DNA of 64,000 nucleotides from Candidatus Poribacteria bacterium (GTDB lineage Bacteria; Poribacteria; WGA-4E; WGA-3G): NCBI GenBank assembly GCA_965219695.1, contig CBDCOJ010000032.1, positions 517,747 to 581,746 of the forward strand, read 5' to 3'. Shown piece by piece: positions 29,151 to 39,431 of this stretch (position 1 is its first letter; each line of letters starts with the position of its first letter). The notes under the pieces were generated by a model. It saw only the letters and a program-made list of their open reading frames with translations, ran no database searches and was not told where the DNA came from. The position numbers and the translations under genes were made by a program.

Positions 29151-29502
29151 CAGATTCAACCTCCTCACCGCTAATTGCGGTAATTTCCTCACCGCCAATT
29201 GCGGTAATTTTGATACGGGTAAATGATTGACGGTGCCCCAACTTACGCTTGTAACTTTTTCTGCGCTTAGACTTGAAAACAACGATCTTCTTTGCACGAC
29301 CTTGATGAACCACCTCACCTGTAACTGACATGTTTTCAAGATAAGGGGTACCGGTTTGCAGTTGACCGTCTTCACCAGCAATCACTAAAACGGAGGGAAA
29401 CGTTACCGTTTCACCAACAGCATTGTCTAACTTTTCCACATCTATGAGGCTTCCTACCTCAACACGATGCTGTTTCCCACCGCTTGCAAATACTGCATAC
29501 AT
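29140..29502 (-). CDS. rplU: 50S ribosomal protein L21 (with C-terminal repeat extension)
   Basis: [25 protein letters not shown]... is the canonical L21. It overlaps rpmA by 11 nt. The roughly 20-aa tail [16 protein letters not shown] is encoded by a 24-bp tandem duplication. Confidence 0.85.
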
Positions 29503-29779
29503 TTTGTTGTCGCTCCTTTTAGGTGTAGAAATTCTTTAAGAGTCAAATTGAATTCCTATTTATAATTTTTACCCAATTAAGTAAGATATATCTAAAATTG
29601 TGGGTCTTGGGCGCACCTACTCGCCCATGTTTGTAATTCAATTTACATGATGCCACATTTTACATCAAATGTCAAGTCTTTTTGAAGAGTTGAGATGTGT
29701 AGATATTTATCACACAAGTTTACCTTATGAAAAATGTTTACCTCTAATAGGTATGATCCCGAATCACAAATATTGGGTA

Positions 29780-30199
29780 TCAATTGGTGCAAGTGTCGGG
29801 GCAGATTTTGGAGGGATGCGCTTTTATTCTAACGCGACTCCAAAATCCGCTTTGTGAAAAACCCCAGATAATTCCGAGAGCTGGACATACCCATAAGAAA
29901 ATCACCTTTCCAATACGAGCAACAATAACAACTTTTTCCGCCAGAACTTCGTTGTCGGCGCCATATACTTCAAGTTCTTGTGCTACGCTGTAAAACTCCA
30001 ATAAATCGCCATCAATACGTTCAACGATATAGAAACCTTCAAGAGTATTTAAATTGTCCGTAGTTGTGCAAAAGATAAACGGAATCGCGAAAAGCAATAA
30101 CCACCCCACTACGATACAAAATACAAACCTAATAGAGAAAATTACCAAAAATACAAAAATTGATTTGAACTTTTGCGCGAACATGGTTTTAGATTCCAT
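29780..30199 (-). CDS. hypothetical membrane protein
   Basis: 139-aa ORF with two hydrophobic helices, lying between rng and rplU. AT-rich; coding status uncertain. Confidence 0.3.
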   Translation of the reverse strand: MESKTMFAQKFKSIFVFLVIFSIRFVFCIVVGWLLLFAIPFIFCTTTDNLNTLEGFYIVERIDGDLLEFYSVAQELEVYGADNEVLAEKVVIVARIGKVIFLWVCPALGIIWGFSQSGFWSRVRIKAHPSKICPDTCTN

Positions 30200-30335
30200 G
30201 GCTGAAGCGAATAGAGGGTTACCAAACTTCAGAGGCTTTTCACACTAATCTTTTTGAAGGGGTATAAGTCCCCTTTATAAAATAAGATGTAATACAAACC
30301 ACGTATTTTAATGCCAAATTTGCGTGAATTAGACA

Positions 30336-31886
30336 TTAATCTAAAAACAGCTCTTCACCGTTTGCAGCAAAGATTCGATAATCTTCAAGATGTAAGTCTG
30401 CGTCAGACTCAAGAATCAATTCCAATTTCAGTGTTCGTTTAAGTTCTCGGAATTTGGCAGACATCTGCGCGTTAAGATGCGAAATAATGTGATCATTCGC
30501 TATAATTCGTAGTTTGGATTGCCGAGTTTGGTTATATGCCCTTTTTATTGCTCTGAACAGTCCGATTACAACAGTTTCAATTGATAAAATGGTCCCGTGT
30601 CCTTCGCAATAAGGACACTGTTCCGTTAACAAAGTAGATAGACTCGCCCGCGTCCGCTGGCGAGTCATTTCTACTAATCCTAAGTCAGAGAAGTGGAGGA
30701 TATTCGTGCGTGCTTTATCTTTGCTTAATGCCTCTCGGAGCATTTTGAAAACCTGCTTCCGATGCGTTGGTTCATCCATGTCGATAAAGTCAACAACGAT
30801 AATACCTCCTAAATCCCGCAACTGAATTTGTCTGACCACTTCATCAACTGCTTCAAGATTTGCACTCAGAATTGTGTTATCCGGATCAGATTTACCAACA
30901 AACTGTCCCGTGTTGACATCAATTGAAACCATCGCTTCTGTTTGTTGGATGATAATGTGTCCACCACACTTGAGCCAAATTTTTTCGCCAAGTGCTTGTT
31001 GCAATTCTTCTTCCACGCCATAAGCCTTAAAAAGGGTTGTGTCTTCATTGTAAAGCGTTATTCGATCAACCATGCTTGGCATTACAGAGGTGACATAATC
31101 AACTGTTTCTTTATAACCAGATTGTGAATCGATCAGAAGTTGTTTAACATCTTTGGTAAGCATATCCCGTACAATCCGATTCGTGAAACTCACGTCTCTA
31201 CTAACTAAACTCGGTGCGGTTTTTCGTTTTGCCCGTTCCCGTGCTTGTTTCCACTGATTGATTAAGTATCGGATTTCTGCCGTAAATTCTTCTTCACTCA
31301 AACCTTCAGCAGCAGTCCGAATAATAAAGCCACCTTCAACGTCTGCCTTCAATTTTTGTGCTAAGTCGCGTAATCGGTCACGCTCACTTTCAGATTCGAT
31401 TCGCCGTGAAACTCCGATTGTAGAAGAATTCGGCAGATAAACAACATAACGACCGGGCAAGGTGATATTGCTTGTCACACGCGCCCCCTTACTACCTATC
31501 GGTTCCTTCCCAACTTGCACAAGAAGTTCCTGATTCTTTGAAATCAGATCAGTTATAAGATATGGGAAACCTCTGCCGCCACGAGCCTTGTTTGATGGTG
31601 TTGCCTGCATATCTAAAGTTGGCAACCCATCATCCGAACTTCCGTTTTCAGAATTACTGTTGTATTTCAGATCTGAGATGTGTAGGAATGCATGTCGATC
31701 TAAACCGATATCAACAAAAGCAACTTGCATACCCGGTAGCACATTTTCAACACGGCCTTTATATAGATTATTTAAAACAGGTTTTACTGCTTTTCGCTCA
31801 ATATAAATTTCATTTAATATTCCTTTCTCAAGGACTGCACAACGTGTTTCGTACTCATCATCAGAAATAAGTATCTCCTTCTCCAT
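30336..31886 (-). CDS. rng: ribonuclease G / Rne-Rng family endoribonuclease
   Basis: 516-aa protein with an N-terminal S1 domain, the RNase E/G catalytic core (DVNTGQFVG..., GGIIVVDFIDM) and a zinc-link CPYCEGHG. Confidence 0.85.
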   Translation of the reverse strand: MEKEILISDDEYETRCAVLEKGILNEIYIERKAVKPVLNNLYKGRVENVLPGMQVAFVDIGLDRHAFLHISDLKYNSNSENGSSDDGLPTLDMQATPSNKARGGRGFPYLITDLISKNQELLVQVGKEPIGSKGARVTSNITLPGRYVVYLPNSSTIGVSRRIESESERDRLRDLAQKLKADVEGGFIIRTAAEGLSEEEFTAEIRYLINQWKQARERAKRKTAPSLVSRDVSFTNRIVRDMLTKDVKQLLIDSQSGYKETVDYVTSVMPSMVDRITLYNEDTTLFKAYGVEEELQQALGEKIWLKCGGHIIIQQTEAMVSIDVNTGQFVGKSDPDNTILSANLEAVDEVVRQIQLRDLGGIIVVDFIDMDEPTHRKQVFKMLREALSKDKARTNILHFSDLGLVEMTRQRTRASLSTLLTEQCPYCEGHGTILSIETVVIGLFRAIKRAYNQTRQSKLRIIANDHIISHLNAQMSAKFRELKRTLKLELILESDADLHLEDYRIFAANGEELFLD

Positions 31887-32148
31887 TATTTGCGTTTCCT
31901 CCTATCATGTCTTTTTAGTAAAAGTAGTAAAAAGACATCTCGGCAGCTAATTCAATCATCTTAAAAGCGGCAGTCTTATAAAAAATGACACGACAACTCA
32001 ATTTCAATGAAATGAGGGATATAGTACATATTCAACCCTCAGAGCAAGAGTGTCACTGGTGTAATGAAAAGTGTAAAATAATTTACCATAGTCTTTCTAC
32101 TGCCTAAAAGATCAGTTCAGATTGGGTGCTAATGCGTTTCAATGATTA

Positions 32149-33756
32149 TCAATTCCTTGGTGCTAACGTCACTACTGGCGTTATGAGTTCTCCCATTGAA
32201 ATGCCACCATGTTGGAATCCTCCCTGAAACTGTCGCTTATATTTATAAAAGTCGTTTGGATAGACGAAGTAATAATCGTCTTTAGCGATAATATAATCCT
32301 TGCTCACACTTTCGGCGGGTAGCTGATATACCTGTGGGTTTGGAATGTATATGGCTTGATTATCATCGCAAACTAAATTGTTCCCAATTTTAAAGCGGAG
32401 GCTTGTGCTGGTATCACGATTCCCATAAGCGCGAGTTGCTCGGTTGCAGAACTCTGAACCGTGATCAGTGGTAAGCACAACGTGAACACCTTGCTCAGCT
32501 ATAAGACGTAGAATATCAAACAGTGCCGAATGTGCGAACCAAGACCGGGCTAATGCTCGAAAAGCAGGTTCATCTGGTGCAAGTTGTTGCAAAACTTCCG
32601 ATTGTGAACGTTGATGCGTCAATATATCTATGAAGTTAACAACTAACGCAGATAAACTAACTCGTGTTGCCGCTGCAACCCGCTTTTTATATTCACTTCC
32701 TCCGCGCAGATCAAATATCTTGAAATATTGGACCCCAGGCTTGATCCTGATTCCGTTTCTTTTTAAGTATTCTTCAAGCAGTTGCCGTTCGAATTGATTT
32801 GTGCTACTGCCATCATCCGATTTCTCTTGCCAATATTGTGGGTAATCTTTCGCTAATTCTGCTGGAAACAACCCACTAAATAGTGCGTTCCGAGAGTACA
32901 TTGTCGCACTCGGCAAAATAGAAAAACTATACTTTAGATCAATGGAGAAATAAGGATACAACAGTGGCTCTACCGCCATCCAATGGTCGAGTCGGAAACA
33001 GTCTACAACAATAAAGTAGACAGGCGTTTTTGCTTGAAGCAGTGGCATCACATGTTGGTCTAATACGTCAACTGACAATGGGGGTCTATCTTGGCTTCCG
33101 TTAACCCATTCAGGATAATTTGCTTGCACAAAATCTGAAAATTCGGCATTACACTCTTTTTTTTGTTCAAAGTGCGTCTCTTCTAAACCCTTTTCTGCCA
33201 ACTGATCGGAAAGCAAATCCCATTCCAATAATTTAACGTAGATATCAATCCAGTCTTGCCAACTTGGTTGTGATGCCTTTAGTGTATTGATCGTATTAAA
33301 GTCATTGGTATAACGACCCGGTATTTGGGTTTCCACAATCTGCTTCTGTTCAAGGACCCGTTTGAGGGTAGAAGCAATTTGTGCAACACCAATAGGCTTT
33401 ACCAAAAAATCCGTCACCTGTTTTCCAAGGGCGACGTCAACAAATTTTTCTTCACTGGACTGTGTTACGAGAATAACGGGGATTTGTGGATTGATTGTTC
33501 GGATTGCATCTAATGTCGCCATCCCATCTTTTCCTGGCATCACTTGGTCAAGTAGGATCGCATCGTATTGCGTATCGGTCTGTTTTAAGAGTTCAATCCC
33601 ATCTTCACCATTCGTGGCAGGTACAACATCATATCCACGGGTTTCAAGGAAACGTCTATGCGGCAGTAATGCCTCTATTTCATCATCTATCCATAAGATT
33701 TTTTGCATCTTTTTTGGCATTTCTACTCCTTTGAAACCCTCTAAGAGGTAGTACAC
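32149..33756 (-). CDS. response regulator with receiver + PglZ (alkaline-phosphatase-superfamily) domain, PorX-like
   Basis: N-terminal CheY-like receiver (ILWIDDE...ILLDQVMPGKDG...VKP). The roughly 380-aa C-terminal domain has PglZ-like conserved His/Asp/Thr residues (VLTTDHGSEF). No DNA-binding domain. Confidence 0.7.
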   Translation of the reverse strand: MYYLLEGFKGVEMPKKMQKILWIDDEIEALLPHRRFLETRGYDVVPATNGEDGIELLKQTDTQYDAILLDQVMPGKDGMATLDAIRTINPQIPVILVTQSSEEKFVDVALGKQVTDFLVKPIGVAQIASTLKRVLEQKQIVETQIPGRYTNDFNTINTLKASQPSWQDWIDIYVKLLEWDLLSDQLAEKGLEETHFEQKKECNAEFSDFVQANYPEWVNGSQDRPPLSVDVLDQHVMPLLQAKTPVYFIVVDCFRLDHWMAVEPLLYPYFSIDLKYSFSILPSATMYSRNALFSGLFPAELAKDYPQYWQEKSDDGSSTNQFERQLLEEYLKRNGIRIKPGVQYFKIFDLRGGSEYKKRVAAATRVSLSALVVNFIDILTHQRSQSEVLQQLAPDEPAFRALARSWFAHSALFDILRLIAEQGVHVVLTTDHGSEFCNRATRAYGNRDTSTSLRFKIGNNLVCDDNQAIYIPNPQVYQLPAESVSKDYIIAKDDYYFVYPNDFYKYKRQFQGGFQHGGISMGELITPVVTLAPRN

Positions 33757-35225
33757 GGTAACCGAATTTCAAAAGTTGTACCAGCAGGACTACTTTCGAC
33801 TAAACGGATACTTCCGTGATGGTAATCCCTAACGATTCGTTGAACTATTGTCAATCCAAGTCCCCATCCATGCGTTTTAGTTGTCATACCCGGTTCAAAA
33901 ATTGATCGTTGCTTTTCACTTGGAATACCGCTGCCGTTATCTGAATATCGGATTACAACATGTTTTTGGCGGTCATCATAGAGAGGTTCAATTTCAATAT
34001 GCCCCACTTCTTTATGCATGGCATCCAGCGAATTGCGAATCAGATTCTCAAAAACCCACTGTAACAGATGTGCATTTGCAGAAATTATGGGGACATTATG
34101 AGGTGTAACACTTATATCAATATTTCGACTAATTTGAGGTAGTCGCTTCTCAAAATATGTGAGTACCTCCTTAAGTACCTCTTCAAGATTAACCTCAGTT
34201 TTCGTTGGTTCCGTGCCGATCATTCCGAATCGGGTAGTTGTTTTCTGCAGCCGCTCTAAGTCGCTCTGCATGTTTGTTGAAAGCTCAGCAAGTACTTTAT
34301 CTCCGGTTTCTTGGCTTCGTTCATCTAACAACTCGGTCCACGCTAATAATGCAGAAATTGGGGTGCCAAGTTGATGTGCGGTTTCTTTTGCTAATCCGCC
34401 CCAAATTGCTGCATGTTCATAAGATTTTATCCGCCGATAGATAAGAATAGAGCCAAACGCGAAGAAGGGCAAAACAATAGATAACACAATAGGCGTTATT
34501 AATAACCCGTAGAACGATTTTATTTCATAATAAAAGTAACCCTCTTGCCAATCGGGTTCTGTTTGAAGTGTAACGAATGCGGGTGTATTTTGAACGAAGA
34601 TTTTTGCGCGTTCTTTCTCCTCCGGTGTCGCATTCTCGGTGGTAATGACATCCTTCCACATCTGCCATTTCTGAGGATTCTTTTCAGTGTCAGTAAATGC
34701 ATAAGGAAGTTGTGCCAATTCACTTGGTGCTGCATACCCGTGATATAAATACCCCATAATCTGTATATCTTCTTTAAGGAACGGTATTTTGCGCCGCTGA
34801 TTCTTACTTTTCATCCGTTCCAATGTTGAAATTAGCAAGTCTTGATCATCTTGTGTTAACGAAACAGTGTCACTTTCGTTGACTTTCTCATCTAAATTAG
34901 TGTCAATTCCTTGCGAAATTTCCACATTTCCATCGGCATCAGTGATAATAAAGGAAAACCTCCGTGATCGTCCCTCAGCGTAAAGTTCTTGTCTCATTAC
35001 CTTTAGTAACCGTTCTTGTAGGTCGCGGTCTTCAATGCTTGGCAATTCAGCGGCAAGGTTAACAAAGATTTCTATCTGAGCCTCTATATCAGCATTCAAA
35101 TGAGAAATTTGGCGCGTATAATACGCAAATACAAAAATCAATATTAAGACACCGACACCGAAATAGATGAGCATTAACCCGCCAGTCGGATAAGTAGATG
35201 TTATGCTACGATTCCACCTCGCCAT
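33741..35225 (-). CDS. sensor histidine kinase (periplasmic sensor, HisKA + HATPase_c), PorY-like partner
   Basis: Two TM helices flank a roughly 200-aa extracytoplasmic domain. H-box ETAHQLGTPISAL and N/G boxes (DNGSGIP, GWGLGL). Overlaps the response-regulator gene by 16 nt. Confidence 0.8.
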   Translation of the reverse strand: MARWNRSITSTYPTGGLMLIYFGVGVLILIFVFAYYTRQISHLNADIEAQIEIFVNLAAELPSIEDRDLQERLLKVMRQELYAEGRSRRFSFIITDADGNVEISQGIDTNLDEKVNESDTVSLTQDDQDLLISTLERMKSKNQRRKIPFLKEDIQIMGYLYHGYAAPSELAQLPYAFTDTEKNPQKWQMWKDVITTENATPEEKERAKIFVQNTPAFVTLQTEPDWQEGYFYYEIKSFYGLLITPIVLSIVLPFFAFGSILIYRRIKSYEHAAIWGGLAKETAHQLGTPISALLAWTELLDERSQETGDKVLAELSTNMQSDLERLQKTTTRFGMIGTEPTKTEVNLEEVLKEVLTYFEKRLPQISRNIDISVTPHNVPIISANAHLLQWVFENLIRNSLDAMHKEVGHIEIEPLYDDRQKHVVIRYSDNGSGIPSEKQRSIFEPGMTTKTHGWGLGLTIVQRIVRDYHHGSIRLVESSPAGTTFEIRLPCTTS

Positions 35226-35579
35226 GACGACCCCTGGGCAAATTTATTATGCTTTAAACATATCGGCATATTAATATTATATCCTATCTGAACTGATTTT
35301 TCAAGGGTATTTAGTTTTCATATTCTCAATCCTTGTTCAATATCTCTCTTCTGTAGGAGCGATCTCTTCCTAAAGAAAATTTTACTTACATTATCCAAGA
35401 CAATATATGTAGTGACTTATATGAGTCAACTTTCTTTCATATTCTTCGTTTTTCTTATCAGGCACATTCCAATTAGCGTAAACCGATATTCTGCATTTGA
35501 CGCTTGACATCCTACTCTGTGCAGGATACAATGAATCAGAACTTAGCCATTTAAGAACCTGCGTAAGATGGGAGAAGTA

Positions 35580-36308
35580 ATGTTCAAAGCAATTACATTT
35601 GATTTTTGGCAAACGCTTTATGCAGATACGCTTGAAAACTGGCAGAAACGTCAGGCTATCCGTGTGGATAATTGTCATAAGTATTTGAGTGACCAAGGTT
35701 ATTCTTGTAAGGTGTCTGATATAGAAAATGGAATGGATGACGCTTATAACGTGGCGATGTCTCGGTGGCATCAACACAGAGGTGTATCCGTAGAAACGTG
35801 CATGATGAAGTTTGCTGAAACGCTTGAACTTTCACTTGATGACACAGAAATTGCTTCTCTGATTGTGTGTCTCGGCGATGCCTTTTTAGCGTCTCCACCT
35901 ATTCTCATATCGCATATTAAGCCAGTGCTGGCGAGACTCAGTAAAAATTATCCGCTGGGAATTATATCGGACTCGGCACTGACACCGGGAAGTTATGTGC
36001 GGCAACAAATGGAACGTGACGAAATTTTTCAGTATTTTTCGGCATTCACGTTTTCCGATGAAACAGAGCGGACAAAACCTGAAGTCGTGCAATTCAATTC
36101 TACCCTGAAGCAGCTAAACGCTAAACCGGAAAATGCAGTGCATATTGGAGATATCGTGCGAACAGATATTGTGGGCGCGAAAGACGCTGGCATGAAAGCG
36201 ATTCGGTTCGCAGGATTCAATAAAACAGAAACAGATGATACACTCAGCGATGCAGTGATAGATGACTATAGACAATTGGAAGATACTATCGCTGAGCTTT
36301 CAAAATAA
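35580..36308 (+). CDS. HAD-superfamily hydrolase
   Basis: Motif I FDFWQTL (DxD-like variant) and motifs III/IV (K...GDIVRTDIVGAKDAG). 243 aa. Confidence 0.65.
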   Translation: MFKAITFDFWQTLYADTLENWQKRQAIRVDNCHKYLSDQGYSCKVSDIENGMDDAYNVAMSRWHQHRGVSVETCMMKFAETLELSLDDTEIASLIVCLGDAFLASPPILISHIKPVLARLSKNYPLGIISDSALTPGSYVRQQMERDEIFQYFSAFTFSDETERTKPEVVQFNSTLKQLNAKPENAVHIGDIVRTDIVGAKDAGMKAIRFAGFNKTETDDTLSDAVIDDYRQLEDTIAELSK

Positions 36309-36326
36309 ACACAATGGAGGTAAACT

Positions 36327-37238
36327 ATGAAAAATGTATTAGTCACAGGTGGAACCGGTTTCATCGGAAGTAAAGTCTGTGATGCCCTCCACGAAAAAGA
36401 CTATGCGGTGCAGGTTATGTCTCGTGACCCTGCACGCGCCAAAACTAAATTACAATCCGTCCAAGAAATCTACGCTTGGAATCCCGAAACAGAACAACTG
36501 CCTTCAGAAGCAATATCAGATGTGCAAGCAGTGATTCACCTTGCAGGTGAATCAATAGCTGGGAGGTGGAACGCTAAGAAAAAACAAAGGATACGGGACA
36601 GTCGTATCCTATCTACCCGAAACCTTGTCGCTTCCTTTGCTGATACCGATACTAAACCCGATGTGCTTGTTTGTGCTTCAGCAATCGGTCTCTATGGCGG
36701 CAGCGGAGACGAAAGTTGGACAGAGGAATCACCCGCAGGCACTGACTTTCTGGCAGAAGTTTGCCAAGAATGGGAAGCGGAATCATATAAAGCGAGTGAG
36801 TATGGTATACGCGTTGTTTCGGTCCGTATTGGACTTGTGCTTGGTTTAGGTGGTGGACTTTTAGAGCAGGTGCTTCCACCCTTTAGAATAGGAGCTGGTG
36901 GTAAACTCGGAAGTGGAAACCAATGGATGTCTTGGATTCACGTTGATGATGTAGTCGGTATTGTGATGCACGCTTTGGAAAATGAAAACATTAGCGGTGC
37001 GTTGAATGCAACAGCGCCTACTCCTGTCAGAAACATTGAGTTCACGAAAACGCTTGGTGCAGTTCTCCGAAAGCCTGCGATTTTTCCAGTCCCCGCGTTC
37101 GGATTAAAGTTAATAATGGGTGAGTTCGCTGACTTTGTTGTGCTGAGCCAGAACGTTCTCCCTGAAAAAACAGAGGCAAGCGGATACAAATTTCAGTATC
37201 GCACACTTGAATCTGCCCTCAAGGGTTTACTGTTATAG
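36327..37238 (+). CDS. NAD-dependent epimerase/dehydratase family protein (TIGR01777/YfcH-like, C-terminal DUF1731)
   Basis: N-terminus MKNVLVTGGTGFIGS (Rossmann fold). Length and C-terminus match the SDR39U1/YfcH type. Confidence 0.7.
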   Translation: MKNVLVTGGTGFIGSKVCDALHEKDYAVQVMSRDPARAKTKLQSVQEIYAWNPETEQLPSEAISDVQAVIHLAGESIAGRWNAKKKQRIRDSRILSTRNLVASFADTDTKPDVLVCASAIGLYGGSGDESWTEESPAGTDFLAEVCQEWEAESYKASEYGIRVVSVRIGLVLGLGGGLLEQVLPPFRIGAGGKLGSGNQWMSWIHVDDVVGIVMHALENENISGALNATAPTPVRNIEFTKTLGAVLRKPAIFPVPAFGLKLIMGEFADFVVLSQNVLPEKTEASGYKFQYRTLESALKGLLL

Positions 37239-37258
37239 GCGGATTTCAATAACAAACA

Positions 37259-38605
37259 ATGAAAATTCGCGATGTTTTGCTTTCTGAATACGGAAAAGCC
37301 TCAAGTGTTCCATCTCCAGTGAACCGAATGATGACCGATTTTGCTATCGGTTTTCGAGATGGATACGATATTAACCTTGGCGTGGGGTATGTCAACGAAA
37401 ACACAATTCCACGCCAACAAATTCAGACCGCTTGCGAAGCAGTTCTCTCACATCCCGAAAAGTACCGCGCTTCCCTCAATTATGGTGGCGCACAAGGCTC
37501 TCCAAACCTGATTGAGTCAATCAGAAATTTCCACCTTGACAACCGAATTGGCGGCATAACAGAAGATACCTTTAATACAAGGGATATTGTTATCGGTGCT
37601 AACGGTGCGACCAGTTTGTTGGAAAGCATCACACATCTGCTCCCTGCCGGCATTGTGGTAACAGCCGATCCGATGTATTATATCTATTGTAACGATCTTG
37701 AAAGGAAAGGCTTCACCGTTGTTGCAATACCAGAGGACAATCAGGGACTTCAAACTGATATTTTGAAGGCAAAACTAAAGACGTTGGGAAGTGCAAAAGA
37801 GACTATCCAGTTTTTCTATGTTGTGACGGTTAACAACCCAAGTTGCACTATCCTTTCAAATCGTCGAAAAAGGGAACTTGTTGAGATTGTAACCGAATTT
37901 TCACACGAAGTCGGACGAAAAATCCCGCTCTTTTTTGATAACGCCTACCGCGATCTTGTGCATGATAATACCGTTGAACCACTGGAATCTGCGTTATGCT
38001 ACGATGAACTCGGTATTGTATATGAGATCGGTACGTTATCAAAGATTCTCGCTCCTGGCTTACGTATCGGTTACCTCATCGGTTCAAAGGGAGCGTTCCT
38101 TGATAGCATCATCCAACGTACCAGCGACATCGGTTTCAGCGCACCGCTTATCAATCAAGAAATAGCAAGTTACCTGCTTGACAACGGTATTGAGACACAA
38201 ATTGAGAAGGTCAATAATGGATATAAGGAGAAGGCGAAACAGGTCAAGGGATGGATAGAAGAATTGCTTGATGATAACGTTCAAACTTGTAGCGGTGGGG
38301 GTGCGGGATTCTACTATTACCTGACACTTGTGAACATCACAACCGATTCAAACTCCGATTTCTTCAAATTTTTAACGCGAACAACCGGACAGAAAGATAT
38401 AGATGGACCTCCACGTAATCTACATCCCAAAGTGATTTACATTCCCGGTGAATACTGCGTCCATCCGAGCGGCGAAATGGTTGACATCGGGAAAAGACAG
38501 TTCCGTATCTCTTATGGATTTGAGGATCTGCCGCAGATACACGCTGCGTTGAAATATATGAAAGATGCGATAGACTATAGCCATGAGAAATTGCGGTTTC
38601 GGTAA
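37259..38605 (+). CDS. PLP-dependent aminotransferase, class I/II fold
   Basis: 448-aa protein with a lysine-containing SKILAPGLRIGY segment typical of fold-type I aminotransferases. Specificity unknown. Confidence 0.65.
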   Translation: MKIRDVLLSEYGKASSVPSPVNRMMTDFAIGFRDGYDINLGVGYVNENTIPRQQIQTACEAVLSHPEKYRASLNYGGAQGSPNLIESIRNFHLDNRIGGITEDTFNTRDIVIGANGATSLLESITHLLPAGIVVTADPMYYIYCNDLERKGFTVVAIPEDNQGLQTDILKAKLKTLGSAKETIQFFYVVTVNNPSCTILSNRRKRELVEIVTEFSHEVGRKIPLFFDNAYRDLVHDNTVEPLESALCYDELGIVYEIGTLSKILAPGLRIGYLIGSKGAFLDSIIQRTSDIGFSAPLINQEIASYLLDNGIETQIEKVNNGYKEKAKQVKGWIEELLDDNVQTCSGGGAGFYYYLTLVNITTDSNSDFFKFLTRTTGQKDIDGPPRNLHPKVIYIPGEYCVHPSGEMVDIGKRQFRISYGFEDLPQIHAALKYMKDAIDYSHEKLRFR

Positions 38606-38713
38606 ACTTGATTTGTTGTATGAACCAGGATCTATAGTTTACGGGATTTTCAGGATTTCAGAAGGCTTGACTTTTATAAAAAAATAAAGTATCCTTTCAG
38701 AAGGAGGTATGAG

Positions 38714-39325
38714 GTGGCTGATATACTCAATATTCCAAAGTTAGGTAGACTTGAAATTGTAGAAATCTATGACTACTACGATCAACCTGTACTATTCTCT
38801 TGCAAAAATACAGTAAGCGATTTTTATCTTGTTGTTGCCGCGGATGAAAACGACCAATATGAAACTTGGCTCTATGCGAAAGTTTCCGTTGACCGTCTCA
38901 ATCTCATACAATCTGACACAATTGACCTACATGATGCATTTGCGGATACTGAAGATGGTTCTGTACTTCAAGTTAAGTTTCTATACGACGAAACCCCTCC
39001 TCTGACTGAATTCGTCAAATCAAATCAAATATCTGAGGAAATGCTTCCAATGTCCGGTGAATACCTTGATCTTAAACCTAAAGAAATGCCGTTATCATTC
39101 ACTATCACTGGTGCCTTGATAGGTGTCTTACTAAGATCCAAAACATTTGAAATTGAAACTGTAGAAAAAACCTATACCGGATACATTACAGATGAAGCCT
39201 TTGAGACTGTGAAAAACGCGACATTGAGTAGAGAATACACTGCAGAAATTCAAGAAGTCATCCCAAGAAGTGGATCTACAGATAAAAACATCAATCCAAC
39301 ATACATTCTCTTGAGTCTTAGGTGA
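38714..39325 (+). CDS. hypothetical protein
   Basis: 203-aa ORF with a GTG start 5 nt after aaggagg. No recognisable domain. Confidence 0.4.
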   Translation: MADILNIPKLGRLEIVEIYDYYDQPVLFSCKNTVSDFYLVVAADENDQYETWLYAKVSVDRLNLIQSDTIDLHDAFADTEDGSVLQVKFLYDETPPLTEFVKSNQISEEMLPMSGEYLDLKPKEMPLSFTITGALIGVLLRSKTFEIETVEKTYTGYITDEAFETVKNATLSREYTAEIQEVIPRSGSTDKNINPTYILLSLR

Positions 39326-39431
39326 TAATCAAAGAGACACAATGAATTCTGCGTTTACAAACGCGGTGTATTGTAAATCGGCTTATATGGGTTCTGGCAA
39401 TTTTGAAATAGAATGAGAAAGGAAGAAAAAA

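Noticed and set aside
28884-29381. 165-aa ORF given by the track for the L27 region
   Set aside because: Only the C-terminal 88 aa, from the internal ATG at 29150, are L27. The upstream 77 codons are read-through across the rplU 3' end in another frame.
35391-35777. 128-aa minus-strand ORF overlapping the HAD hydrolase start
   Set aside because: It overlaps a well-supported gene on the opposite strand, has no RBS and has odd composition. Likely spurious.
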